From: a virus
Reading direction: 5' to 3' (one strand)
Length of the DNA: 64,000 nt
Virus record (IMG/VR): IMGVR_UViG_3300047557_004034
Location: 81,699 to 145,698 of that record
Positions 21,643 to 31,851 of the stretch are shown in pieces. Position 1 is the stretch's first letter. Every line of letters starts with the position of its first letter. The notes under the pieces are model-generated. The model did no database searches. It was not told where the DNA came from and was given only the letters and a program-made list of their open reading frames with translations. Both the position numbers and the translations under genes were made by a program.

Positions 21643-22466
21643 TAGAAGTTAATTTATTCGACATGGAATTTATACATACTGAAAGTATGTTAGGGTACAT
21701 TACATGTTCTGATTTACTGAAACCCAAAAAAATTAAATGGGTTAACGGTAAAATGGTATTTGATGGCATCACAGTTTTTACTGACAGATATATCGACTAC
21801 GATTTTGATAAAGTAAAATCATCCATAAAAATCTTTTGGTTGTTAGAACCAAGAGCAGTAAGACCTGATGGATATTCTAAAATAATAAAATTAGAAGATA
21901 AGTTTGACTATATTTTAACTTATGACTCAGAATTACTAAAAAGAAATAAAAAATATGTAAAATATATTGTTGGACAATCTAGAGTTTATGAACCCAAGAT
22001 ATGTGATAAAAAAAAGATGTTCAGTATGATAGCTTCAAATAAAAGAATGACTCAGGGACATAGATTTAGACACGATATATCCGAATCATTATCACTAAAA
22101 CATAAAATTGATATGTGGGGTTCAGGATATAAATCATTCAGTTCGAAAATTGACCCACTATCCGAATATTATTTTAGTATTTCAGTTATGAATAGTAAAA
22201 TTGATAATTTTTTCACAGAAGTTCTTCTTGATAATTTTATGTTAGGAACTATCCCAATTTTTTGGGGATGTCCAAATATAAACGAATATTTTGATGATAG
22301 GGGTATCATAAGTTTTGATACCATATCCGAACTAGATGAAATATTATCAAATTTGACAATTAGAGATTATTATGATAGAATGGAGTATGTGAAGAAAAAT
22401 TTAGAATTAGCTAAAAATTATGTATCAACTGATGACATAATTGCGGATATATTACAAAAACTTTAA
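21639..22466 (+). CDS. GT10 (fucosyltransferase-like) glycosyltransferase
   Basis: WLLEP, SMIASNK, Y.FSISVMN...FFTE..LD.F..GTIPIFWG. Confidence 0.8.
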   Translation: MIEVNLFDMEFIHTESMLGYITCSDLLKPKKIKWVNGKMVFDGITVFTDRYIDYDFDKVKSSIKIFWLLEPRAVRPDGYSKIIKLEDKFDYILTYDSELLKRNKKYVKYIVGQSRVYEPKICDKKKMFSMIASNKRMTQGHRFRHDISESLSLKHKIDMWGSGYKSFSSKIDPLSEYYFSISVMNSKIDNFFTEVLLDNFMLGTIPIFWGCPNINEYFDDRGIISFDTISELDEILSNLTIRDYYDRMEYVKKNLELAKNYVSTDDIIADILQKL

Positions 22467-22468
22467 TT

Positions 22469-23284
22469 ATGAAAATACTTGTTTTAGGTTCTTCGGGGCA
22501 GATAGGGATACCCTTAGTAAAATTTTTAAGAAAAAGAAATCATGAAGTTATAGAATTTGACATCGTAAAAGACGTGAACGAAGATTTAAGAGTTCCTTCT
22601 GTTTTAGATAAAATACTCCCTTCAATCGATTTTGTTTTTTTCCTCGCTTTTGATGTTGGAGGGTCTAAATACCTAGAAAAATATCAAGGCACATATGAAT
22701 TTTTAGATAATAACATCAAAATAATGGAATACACTTTTGATAGTTTGAAGAAGTATAATAAGAAATTTATCTTCACTTCGACTCAAATGTCAAATATGAT
22801 TTATTCCCCATATGGTTTGTCCAAAAGAATCGGTGAATTATATACTGAATCCTTGGGGGGTATAGTGGCCAAACTTTGGAATGTTTATGGATATGAACAT
22901 GATTTTGAAAAATCTCATGTAATCACGGACTTCGTTCTGATGTCTAAAAGGAACAACAAAATCGAGATGAGAACAAACGGTGAAGAAGAAAGACAGTTTC
23001 TTTATTCGGAAGATTGTTGTGAATGTTTAAATATTTTAATGGAGAAATATGATTACATTGATAAAAAACAATATTTTGAGCTTTCGAGTTTTGAATGGAG
23101 TAAAGTAATTGATGTGGCGAATATTATCAAGGACATTAATCCTGATTGTGAAGTCATACCAAACAATTTAAAAGATACTGTACAATTAGATAAAAAAAAT
23201 GAACCAAATAATTACGTATTAAATTACTGGAAACCAAAAGTATCTTTAAAAGATGGTATAAGAAAAATCTATGAAATGTATTAA
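22469..23284 (+). CDS. NAD-dependent epimerase/dehydratase
   Basis: LGSSGQIG, YGLSK, WNVYG, RQFLY.ED. Confidence 0.9.
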   Translation: MKILVLGSSGQIGIPLVKFLRKRNHEVIEFDIVKDVNEDLRVPSVLDKILPSIDFVFFLAFDVGGSKYLEKYQGTYEFLDNNIKIMEYTFDSLKKYNKKFIFTSTQMSNMIYSPYGLSKRIGELYTESLGGIVAKLWNVYGYEHDFEKSHVITDFVLMSKRNNKIEMRTNGEEERQFLYSEDCCECLNILMEKYDYIDKKQYFELSSFEWSKVIDVANIIKDINPDCEVIPNNLKDTVQLDKKNEPNNYVLNYWKPKVSLKDGIRKIYEMY

Positions 23285-23339
23285 TATCTTAATATTCATT
23301 TATTTAATATTATTTTACAGTTAGTTTTAAACAAAAAAA

Positions 23340-24068
23340 ATGGCAAAAAACGTTAGGAAAAGTGAGAACCAATTTACAGAACAGCCCTTAATTAAAACGA
23401 AGAAGGATTTGATTTGTAGTATTTTAAGAAAAAAAACCAAACAAAAATTTTTATCAGAAAATCAACGAGTATACTATGAAAAACTGGAAAAAAATCAAAT
23501 AACAATTTGTTCAGGACCTGCAGGTGTTGGTAAAAGTTATATTTCAATGAAATGTGCAATAGATTTATTGTCCGACCCAACAACACCATATGAAAAAATT
23601 ATTATTGTTAGACCCGCGGTAGAAGCTGAAGAAAAATTAGGTAGTTTACCTGGTAATGTTGAAGAAAAATTAGACCCTTACATATTTCCATCCTACTATC
23701 TTTTAAATAAAATAATAGGTAAGGAAACGAGGGAAAAACTCAAAGAAATTGAGGCGATTGAAGTTTTTGCTTTGGCATATATGAGAGGTATGAACATTGA
23801 TAATTCCATCCTCATATTTGAGGAAGCTCAAAACTCGACACCGAATCAAATGAAACTTCTCATGACAAGAATTGGGTTTAACTCGAAATTCTTTATTTCA
23901 GGTGACTTAGAACAAACTGATAGATATAAAGATAAAACTCAAACAGGGCTTTATGATGCGATTAAAAGATTTGGGGGTGTGAATGACATATCTATTCATG
24001 AATTTGAATCCAAAGATGTTGTCAGAAATTCCCTTATCTCTGAAATTTTGAAAAAATATGATGAATGA
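23340..24068 (+). CDS. phoH: PhoH-family ATPase
   Basis: GPAGVGKS, RPAVEAEEKLGSLPG, YMRG, EEAQN, GDLEQTD. Confidence 0.95.
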   Translation: MAKNVRKSENQFTEQPLIKTKKDLICSILRKKTKQKFLSENQRVYYEKLEKNQITICSGPAGVGKSYISMKCAIDLLSDPTTPYEKIIIVRPAVEAEEKLGSLPGNVEEKLDPYIFPSYYLLNKIIGKETREKLKEIEAIEVFALAYMRGMNIDNSILIFEEAQNSTPNQMKLLMTRIGFNSKFFISGDLEQTDRYKDKTQTGLYDAIKRFGGVNDISIHEFESKDVVRNSLISEILKKYDE

Positions 24069-24655
24069 AAATAGGTATTGATGTTAATAATGTTCTCAGG
24101 GATACCCTCACGAAAATAGAACAAGTTTATGAAAGATGGTTTATTGAGAACCATGATGAGGAAGATGATTTTAAATATGAAATTAAATCTCCTGTAACTT
24201 CATTAGACTTAATGAATCATTTATCTTTCAAAGATAAAGACCATCTTTATGATTTCTTATATAAGGATTTTACCATGGAAATATTTGGTCACGCCGGTTC
24301 TGTCGAAATGACAACGATGAATGACCTAAATGATTTCTACCATAATTTGAGGGAGTATCATGATATCATAATTGTTTCGGATGAGATTGGTAAATCGAAA
24401 CCCGCAACTTTATTTTTTATTTCTAAATTTGGTTGTTTGATTGAAACTATTAAATTTTATTCTGAACAAACAAAAAAACAGATGTGGAAATCTGTAGATA
24501 TTTTACTTACTGCAAATCCTGAACTACTTTTGAATAAACCATCGAAAAAAATGGTTATAAAATACGAAACCTCTTTTAATAAACACATTCACACAGAACA
24601 CACAATAACAAATTTGAAAGAACTCGAAAATAAAATAAAAGAAATTTATGGTTAA
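24065..24655 (+). CDS. HAD-like 5'(3')-deoxyribonucleotidase homologue (degenerate motif)
   Basis: N-terminal KIGIDVNNVLRD resembles the NT5C motif I (I.iDmDGVlaD) with the second Asp replaced by Asn. Confidence 0.5.
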   Translation: MKIGIDVNNVLRDTLTKIEQVYERWFIENHDEEDDFKYEIKSPVTSLDLMNHLSFKDKDHLYDFLYKDFTMEIFGHAGSVEMTTMNDLNDFYHNLREYHDIIIVSDEIGKSKPATLFFISKFGCLIETIKFYSEQTKKQMWKSVDILLTANPELLLNKPSKKMVIKYETSFNKHIHTEHTITNLKELENKIKEIYG

Positions 24656-24929
24656 CGTTTTGGGCGAAAATTATTTTATTGACTTGGACGCTGTCGAAGA
24701 TTACTTAGATATGAGTTTGGAACCATCAGTTGAAAATTCAGGAGTAACTGAAACTAAAGTAAATTTGATTAAATTTGAAATGGTCAAAATGTTACTAGAA
24801 GTTATATTATCTGAAGATGTTGAAATGGATGATAAATTGGGTATCAAATCATCAAATAGTTCAACTTCAATCCCATTCAAAATTGCATTCAATACTCTGT
24901 TAAATAAAAAATTAATTAACTATTATTAA
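24648..24929 (+). CDS. Hypothetical protein
   Basis: 93-aa ORF overlapping the upstream gene by 8 nt. Confidence 0.7.
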   Translation: MVNVLGENYFIDLDAVEDYLDMSLEPSVENSGVTETKVNLIKFEMVKMLLEVILSEDVEMDDKLGIKSSNSSTSIPFKIAFNTLLNKKLINYY

Positions 24930-24932
24930 AAA

Positions 24933-25988
24933 ATGGAAAATAACTTAAAAGAAAAGGTTCAACAATCTATAGAGAACTTAAAAAATAAGTCCTCGAGGAT
25001 TTACTTCATGGTTCAAGACACCAAAGGAAATGCTAAAGCTTCTGTTAGATATATCTATCAAGTTGCTATGTCATTGAAAGAAGCAGGTTACAATGCAATA
25101 ATTCTACACGAAAAAAACGACTACACTGGAGTAGGTGGATGGATGGGTCCTGAATATATGGAAAACATTCCACATAAGTCTATTGAAAAACAAAACTTAG
25201 AAATTGCACCTGAAGACTTTATTGTCATACCTGAATTATTTGGTTATGTTATGGAACAAATCAAAAATATCCCATGTGGAAAAATAGTTATGACACAGTC
25301 TTACAAATACATGTTAGAAACCTTACAACCTGGACAAACATGGCAACAATTTGGTTTTTTTAAATGTTTAACAACCACCCAAAAACAAAAGGAATATATT
25401 GAGGGCATCATGAAAAATGTGAGTGTTGATATACTAACTCCATACATTTCGGATGTTTTTGAAAAAAGAGAGTTACCTCCGATGCCAATTATTGGTATCC
25501 ATTCAAGGGAACAATCCGATACAATTAATTTGATAAAAACTTTTTATCTAAAGTTTCCACAATTTAGATGGTTCACTTTTAGAGATTTGAGAGGTCTCAG
25601 TGAAAAAGAATTTGCGAACTCTTTAAAAGAATGTTTTTTATCTGTTTGGATTGATAGAGAGAGTGGTTTTGGGACTTATCCTTTAGAATCAATGGCCTGT
25701 GGTGTTCCTGTTATGGGACTTATTCCTGATATGTTACCTGAATGGATGGTGGAAGAAAACGGAATTTGGGTTGATGACATTACTATGTTGCCAGATTTTA
25801 TTGCCGATTTTACACAAAACTGGTTAGAAGATAATATCAAACCAGAACTATATTCTGGTATTGATGCAACCTCAGCAAAATATAAAAATAGAGATGAATT
25901 TAACAGTAAGAATTTAGAACTTTTCGATTCTTACATAAAAACAAGAGTTGAGTCTTTAGAATCACAAATTTCAAAATTAGAAGATTAA
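24933..25988 (+). CDS. GT-B fold glycosyltransferase-like
   Basis: DFIVIPE, C-terminal SGFGTYPLESMACGVPV. Confidence 0.8.
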   Translation: MENNLKEKVQQSIENLKNKSSRIYFMVQDTKGNAKASVRYIYQVAMSLKEAGYNAIILHEKNDYTGVGGWMGPEYMENIPHKSIEKQNLEIAPEDFIVIPELFGYVMEQIKNIPCGKIVMTQSYKYMLETLQPGQTWQQFGFFKCLTTTQKQKEYIEGIMKNVSVDILTPYISDVFEKRELPPMPIIGIHSREQSDTINLIKTFYLKFPQFRWFTFRDLRGLSEKEFANSLKECFLSVWIDRESGFGTYPLESMACGVPVMGLIPDMLPEWMVEENGIWVDDITMLPDFIADFTQNWLEDNIKPELYSGIDATSAKYKNRDEFNSKNLELFDSYIKTRVESLESQISKLED

Positions 25989-25989
25989 T

Positions 25990-26796
25990 ATGAAAAATAA
26001 ATTACCAATTTCAGTAATTCTGCCAATAAAATCTGCAATAGTAAAAGACTTTGAAGATTATTTTGACAAAGCAATAAAGTCTATAATATCGAATGATGTA
26101 ATTCCTTCTGAGCTAGTAATTGTTCATACACAAGAAGAAAAGTTAGTTAACTTTTTGAATGAGTATAATTTCGAGGAATTGAACGTAAAAAAAATAAAAT
26201 TTGAAGAATCTCCAAATTATTGTTCACAAGTTAATTTTGGTATAAAAAGTAGCGAATACGAATGGGTTTCAATATTTGAATTCGATGATGAATATTCATC
26301 TATATGGTTCCGAAATGTGAAAAAATACATGGACGCATATCCGACCGCTCAGGTTTTACTACCTGTCGTTGTTGATACTGATTCGAAAGGAATGTTTGCA
26401 GGATTTACAAATGAAGCAGTCTTTGCAGCAAACTTCACACAAGAATTAGGATATCTAACGAATGAAACTTTACAAAATTATCAGAATTTTCAGACCGCAG
26501 GTTCAGTTATAAAAAAACAAGTTTTCGAAGATTTTGGTTATTTCAAGTCATCAATCAAGTTAACATTCGTATATGAATTTCTTTTGAGATTAACATATAA
26601 CTCAGTGAACATAATGACTATTCCAAAACTTGGTTATAAACATTTGAACATGAGAGAAGGTTCAATATTTTGGTCTTACAAAAACTCATCAGAGAAAATG
26701 CTCGAGGATGAAGTTAAATTTTGGTTGGCAACAGCAAAAAAAGAATACTTTTTTGTTGAGGATAGAACCATAAAATATGAACCCCAAGAATCCTAA
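25990..26796 (+). CDS. GT2 family glycosyltransferase
   Basis: ISVILP, N.G......WVSIFEFDDEY. Confidence 0.8.
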   Translation: MKNKLPISVILPIKSAIVKDFEDYFDKAIKSIISNDVIPSELVIVHTQEEKLVNFLNEYNFEELNVKKIKFEESPNYCSQVNFGIKSSEYEWVSIFEFDDEYSSIWFRNVKKYMDAYPTAQVLLPVVVDTDSKGMFAGFTNEAVFAANFTQELGYLTNETLQNYQNFQTAGSVIKKQVFEDFGYFKSSIKLTFVYEFLLRLTYNSVNIMTIPKLGYKHLNMREGSIFWSYKNSSEKMLEDEVKFWLATAKKEYFFVEDRTIKYEPQES

Positions 26797-27545
26797 TGAA
26801 CTTAACTCTGTCCGCAATAACAGAGGATGTTGTAACAAAAAAAAGAGGTAGAAAAGCTCAAAAAGAAAACTACTTTGATATAAGAGAAGAAGAAGCGGTA
26901 AAACGATTCTTAATAGCAAAAACGTCCGAAGAAAAAAACAAAATCTATAATGAGTTCTTAAGAGCTCCTTTGGATAAGATGATATCTTCAATAATTAGAA
27001 GATATAAGTTATATAGAAAAGATATGGATTTTCAAGAAATTCATGTTGATACACATTCTTTTCTAATGACAAAAGTGGATAAATTTAAACCTTCCAAAAA
27101 CAAAAAGGCGTATTCATATTTTGGTACGATATGCAAAAACTATTTGATGGGTCAAATTATAAAAGACCAAAAAGAAACAAATAGAAAAATATCGTATGAG
27201 GATGTATCCTCCGCTTTAGAAGAAAGAGCTGATATGATTTATACAATAGACGACGACACTTTGGGTGTTGAAGTTGTAATTTCTGTTTACATAAAAGAGC
27301 TAAAAGATTTTATAGATAATGAATCTTTAAGTGATAATGAAAAAAAATTGGGGTTTGCATTAGTAGACCTATTTGATAATTACGAAACAATATTTTCTTC
27401 AACAGACAATAACAAATTCAATAAAAATATAATCTTATTGTCTCTCAGAGAAATGACAAACTTGTCTACCAAAGAAATAAGGACATCTATAAAAAAATTC
27501 AAGAAACTATATCTTGGGATTCAAAGTAAATTAAAAAATTACTAA
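26796..27545 (+). CDS. Phage sigma-factor-like protein (T4 gp55-like late sigma)
   Basis: ENYF near the N-terminus and DKFKPSKNKKAYSYFGTICKNYL.GQI.KDQK resemble sigma region 2 of gp55-like proteins (nFdP.k..npfaYFt.i). Confidence 0.6.
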   Translation: MNLTLSAITEDVVTKKRGRKAQKENYFDIREEEAVKRFLIAKTSEEKNKIYNEFLRAPLDKMISSIIRRYKLYRKDMDFQEIHVDTHSFLMTKVDKFKPSKNKKAYSYFGTICKNYLMGQIIKDQKETNRKISYEDVSSALEERADMIYTIDDDTLGVEVVISVYIKELKDFIDNESLSDNEKKLGFALVDLFDNYETIFSSTDNNKFNKNIILLSLREMTNLSTKEIRTSIKKFKKLYLGIQSKLKNY

Positions 27546-27561
27546 AAAAGTATTTATAGAT

Positions 27562-27924
27562 ATGCCGAGACCTCAAAAAAAAGAAATTAATTTCACTAAA
27601 GAGAGTATTTTATCTCTCATGCAAGAAATATATAATGAGTTAGTTGAACAAAGAAATACCGCAATCAGAATTCAAAATAAAATGTTGACGATGATGAAAG
27701 ACCCTGAAGATATGACAATGATTGGTCCTGTAATTGAAAAACAACAAAAAATTATCAATGATTGTGTCGAAAAAAAAATAAACCTCTCCAAAATACAATC
27801 AAGTATTTGGGAGAAATCTAACTCTTCACAGGAATCATTCTCGCTAGCAGATTTGGATGATGATTTGATTCAAAATTTGATTGAAAAGGATGTATCTAAA
27901 GATGAAGAGTCATATAGAATTTAA
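27562..27924 (+). CDS. Hypothetical coiled-coil protein
   Basis: 120-aa ORF with TATTTAT 4 nt upstream. Confidence 0.7.
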   Translation: MPRPQKKEINFTKESILSLMQEIYNELVEQRNTAIRIQNKMLTMMKDPEDMTMIGPVIEKQQKIINDCVEKKINLSKIQSSIWEKSNSSQESFSLADLDDDLIQNLIEKDVSKDEESYRI

Positions 27925-27929
27925 AATTT

Positions 27930-30113
27930 ATGGCTCTTTCTTTACCACAACAACAATCTCAGATTGAAAACAGACTGACGGCACTGAAAACTTATAATGA
28001 GGTTTCGGATGCACAAAAGAAAATTCTTTCTAAAGCAGGTAATTCTTTTTCAAATGTTGGAAATAAGTTTTCCTCTCAATTAAATAAAATTTCGGAGCAA
28101 CAAAAACGATTCCAAAGAGATGCCCCTACATCGATGGATAGGGTACTGAATCTTTTGAATATCACTAATGGTGCTGGACCTGAAAGTTTCAGGTTTTTAA
28201 GGAGGGCATTAATTCAAACATTAGTTGAAATTGGTCCTCAAATTAACAAGATACTTGCTGAAGAAACAATAAAGGCTTTAGGATGTTCACAAGAACAAAC
28301 TTATACTGGAATTAATGTTGGTGAGGTACAAGTACCGAGTCTTGCATTACTTCCATCAAATCAAGGTATCTATGTTCCTTTAAAAAATATTGATTTATCG
28401 GGTAGTTTGAAAATTCCAACCCCCGAAGAAAGTGGTGTAAAGGAAAATCTATCAGACGTAAACCCTACCGATGTATTATTCAATTTTCAATCAACCTTGA
28501 AAGGATGGTTGGGTAAAATATACTACGAAAAAGAAATACCTTCTAAGTCTGACAAATTTGTGCCATATGGAGGTGCGGTAAAATATCCTATGTTAAAAGC
28601 GTTGAGACAAAGGACTCAATCCCAAGGTCAAACCTACGAAAATAACTATGGTGCATACTATAATGGTAAATCGGGTGATTATTTATTCGACTTAGTTTAT
28701 ACAAACCAAGGTGGTTTAGGGGAAAGTGGTGATTTTCTGAGAGTCTTTCTTTTAGATAGAGAAGGAGCACCTAAAAATCCTTCAGGATTCTCGATGAACA
28801 ATGTGACAGAATTCGTTCAGGATTACTATTCAACGATTGAAACTTTTGCATTACCTCAAGTATTAGCAACTACAATAAATTATCTAACAAATTTTGCAGA
28901 TATAAAGGCGAGGGTTGGTTTTGCACAAATGGAGGCACAAAATAAGTTTGCATTACTTTTGAATAGAATTTTAGGACTTTGCTTTGACGACAGAGAAGAA
29001 ATCGATGTTAGTGGTAATGCAAAAGTTGGGGAACTCGATGGGGTGGATGATGCTTTTTTTGAATTTACTGAAGTAGATTTGAGAAACATCGAATTCAATA
29101 TTGCTGACGCTCAACAAGGTGTTGTAACCTTTATAGATTGCGACAATGTCAAGCTACCCGTAGATGCTGACTCAATTGCGACACAAATTGTAGAATTTTC
29201 AGACAATTTACCCACACAAACAAAGGCGGAGCAAGTTGATGCAATAGAAAAAATAATTGATTCAATTACTAAGGACCCGAAGTGGAAACTTTTATACCCG
29301 AATACCGCGGGTATCGACGTATCTATTAGTAAAAATTTTATCAAACAACTTCCTGTGGCCTTAGCTTCTTCCATACTAAATCCAAAGGTGTTATTACCTC
29401 TCATGACTATGTTTAAAGTATTGGAAAAAAATGTAACCGATGATGCAAACGATATTATCAGACAACAGAATGAACTGATATCATCAGCAAATACAATATT
29501 AAAATCAGGTACAACAATCGGTCAACAAGTTTCTAAAGAGATAAATGATGGTGTGGACTTCGTAAAAAAGAATAAGACGTTTGTCATTGCTTTAGTATCA
29601 AGAATTTCTGCAATATTCATCGAAACTCTTTTCGAAATTTTAAAAAGGGAAATCTTTGTTTTACTTGAAGTTATAATAAGAGACATTAATAAGTCTGCAA
29701 CCCTAAAAAAATATGCAATCATTCTGAGGTTAGTTCAATTGGCGTATGTAATCGGTAGATTTGTTAGGGATTATAGGAAATGTAAATCTCTATTGGATGA
29801 AATTGCAATGTTGTTACAAATGATAAGTAATTCAGTTGGGGCAATAAGACTTCCAGCATTTCTCAATTTATTTGCGGCTCTTCTACCAGGATTTTCACCC
29901 GAAAGAGCAACATTGAATGTTATTGAGGAGCTTCAAAAACTTGGAATACCTACCGGTCCAGGGCCAGACGGTTCTGACAATTTAATGAATCAGTTTGTTA
30001 AATCAGTTATATCTGGTATGGATTCCGAAGAAAGTCAAAACGGTAAAGTACAAACATCTGTAGCATTAGCTCCTCCAATCGGATTAATAAGCACATACGG
30101 AAAAAAAATGTAA
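27930..30113 (+). CDS. Hypothetical protein, possibly structural
   Basis: 727-aa ORF upstream of the baseplate-hub-like gene. No clear motif. Confidence 0.7.
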   Translation: MALSLPQQQSQIENRLTALKTYNEVSDAQKKILSKAGNSFSNVGNKFSSQLNKISEQQKRFQRDAPTSMDRVLNLLNITNGAGPESFRFLRRALIQTLVEIGPQINKILAEETIKALGCSQEQTYTGINVGEVQVPSLALLPSNQGIYVPLKNIDLSGSLKIPTPEESGVKENLSDVNPTDVLFNFQSTLKGWLGKIYYEKEIPSKSDKFVPYGGAVKYPMLKALRQRTQSQGQTYENNYGAYYNGKSGDYLFDLVYTNQGGLGESGDFLRVFLLDREGAPKNPSGFSMNNVTEFVQDYYSTIETFALPQVLATTINYLTNFADIKARVGFAQMEAQNKFALLLNRILGLCFDDREEIDVSGNAKVGELDGVDDAFFEFTEVDLRNIEFNIADAQQGVVTFIDCDNVKLPVDADSIATQIVEFSDNLPTQTKAEQVDAIEKIIDSITKDPKWKLLYPNTAGIDVSISKNFIKQLPVALASSILNPKVLLPLMTMFKVLEKNVTDDANDIIRQQNELISSANTILKSGTTIGQQVSKEINDGVDFVKKNKTFVIALVSRISAIFIETLFEILKREIFVLLEVIIRDINKSATLKKYAIILRLVQLAYVIGRFVRDYRKCKSLLDEIAMLLQMISNSVGAIRLPAFLNLFAALLPGFSPERATLNVIEELQKLGIPTGPGPDGSDNLMNQFVKSVISGMDSEESQNGKVQTSVALAPPIGLISTYGKKM

Positions 30114-30114
30114 A

Positions 30115-30318
30115 ATGACAAAAGAAGAATTAGATGAAATAATTGATTCGCAAAAGGATTTGAAAAATATACCAAATTCGACTTTGATTTCACAGATGGA
30201 TTTATTGACTCAAGATTTTGACGATACCAAAGAAAAAATAATAAGCATGACTTATTATTTAGATAAAGTGGAAGAATTATATAATAATATATTATCAGAA
30301 TATCAAAATAGAGTATAA
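30115..30318 (+). CDS. Hypothetical protein
   Basis: 67-aa ORF with 1-nt spacing upstream and a TAATG overlap downstream. Confidence 0.65.
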   Translation: MTKEELDEIIDSQKDLKNIPNSTLISQMDLLTQDFDDTKEKIISMTYYLDKVEELYNNILSEYQNRV

Positions 30319-31832
30319 TGTCTAAACAACTATTTTTTCAATGCGAAGTCTTGAATAATCAAGACCCTCTTATGCTCGGAAGAGTAAGGGCTAGATTAAT
30401 TTCGGATAACTATCAGGACATGATTAAGTCTTTTGATAGACCACCATGGAATGAACAGAAAGACCCATGGACCGAAAGAGACCCATTCGTATTTAATCCA
30501 TTATTACCCTATTTCATCTATCAAGTCCCTCAAGTTGGAGAATTAATTAATGTCCTGTATTACAATTCAGATTTTCAATATAGAAATCAATATTATGTAC
30601 AAGCTACTTACTCAACACCCACAACATCAAATTTTGAATATTATGTAGGTGGACTAAAATTCAATGGGTGGGGTGTACAGTTTACCAACCCTAAACCAAT
30701 AAAAAACGCCGATGGAAGTTATGAGAATAATACTTCAAAAGGCGTATTCCCAGAACCTGGTGATAATTCAATTTTAGGAAGAGGAAATTCTGACGTTGTT
30801 GTAAAACCAAACGGAGTATTAATTCGTTCAAATAAGTATAAAGGAGAGCTCATTCCGAATGTATTACCTGTTGCAAATAACAAAGGTGGTTTCTTACATT
30901 TAGAAAAATTTGATTTTACCAAAACAAAAGATAAAAAGAAGACCTATACTGAACTTATTGAAGACATTGTCGTTTGTAAATATTTGATTGAATATTCTAT
31001 AATAAATCCCGAGAATGAACAAAATAGTTACACTGGTTTTGTGTTTCTTTATAAATTGAGACCTGACCAAAAAGTTAACTCTCAGGAATTGAAAGTTGAT
31101 TCAAATGTTGATAATTTAAAATCTTTGATAATTTCAGAACCATTCAGAGCATTGACACTCGACCAAACTGCTGAATTTATAAATGGGTTTATAAATGAAA
31201 TAAATTCAAAAAATAAGTTTAAAGGTAGAGAATTATTTACTGATGAATCAGTCAATAAGTTCCCTATTTTCTATAGACCCACGCCTGACTTTTACAATCT
31301 AATTTCATCCAATCCATCCCCAACAACTGCAAACATAAGTTATCTATTTGCAAACAAACTTTATAATAGAATAAAATTAAACGTTGAGTCTCCAAATAGT
31401 GGGTATGGTTTGATATACGCCCAAAATAAAGTAGGATTACCATTCAAATTGAATAGAACTAATATTCAAAGTTACAAATACCCCAACAACCCCCAAACAT
31501 TCGGAAGCTTTGCGGCAGACAAAGTTTTTTTACTTTCACAGGTTTCTTCAATTCCAGGTAAAGGAGTTATCAACTTTGACGGCACAGTTTATGGTATTTC
31601 TGCGGATAAATACATCAAAGAAATTATACCTAAAACTTCAAGTTCAGTCAGGGGAGAAGAACTTATGGAACTATTAAACTTAATAGTTAGTTTTTTACTT
31701 ACACATACACACAACTATCCTATGTTACCTCCAAACCCAAAATCTTATGCCGGTGTTACGGCTGAAGATGTATTGACAGAGATACAAAATGCAACAAATA
31801 AAATTCTTAATGCCAATATAAGACTGAATTGA
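30318..31832 (+). CDS. Baseplate hub/central spike protein (gp5/VgrG OB-fold-like)
   Basis: N-terminal EVLNNQDPLMLGRVRA and P.VGE.I.V (gp5 OB-fold); C-terminal RGEEL...THTH metal-binding tip motif. Confidence 0.7.
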   Translation: MSKQLFFQCEVLNNQDPLMLGRVRARLISDNYQDMIKSFDRPPWNEQKDPWTERDPFVFNPLLPYFIYQVPQVGELINVLYYNSDFQYRNQYYVQATYSTPTTSNFEYYVGGLKFNGWGVQFTNPKPIKNADGSYENNTSKGVFPEPGDNSILGRGNSDVVVKPNGVLIRSNKYKGELIPNVLPVANNKGGFLHLEKFDFTKTKDKKKTYTELIEDIVVCKYLIEYSIINPENEQNSYTGFVFLYKLRPDQKVNSQELKVDSNVDNLKSLIISEPFRALTLDQTAEFINGFINEINSKNKFKGRELFTDESVNKFPIFYRPTPDFYNLISSNPSPTTANISYLFANKLYNRIKLNVESPNSGYGLIYAQNKVGLPFKLNRTNIQSYKYPNNPQTFGSFAADKVFLLSQVSSIPGKGVINFDGTVYGISADKYIKEIIPKTSSSVRGEELMELLNLIVSFLLTHTHNYPMLPPNPKSYAGVTAEDVLTEIQNATNKILNANIRLN

Positions 31833-31851
31833 TATTTATGTAAAAAGATAA

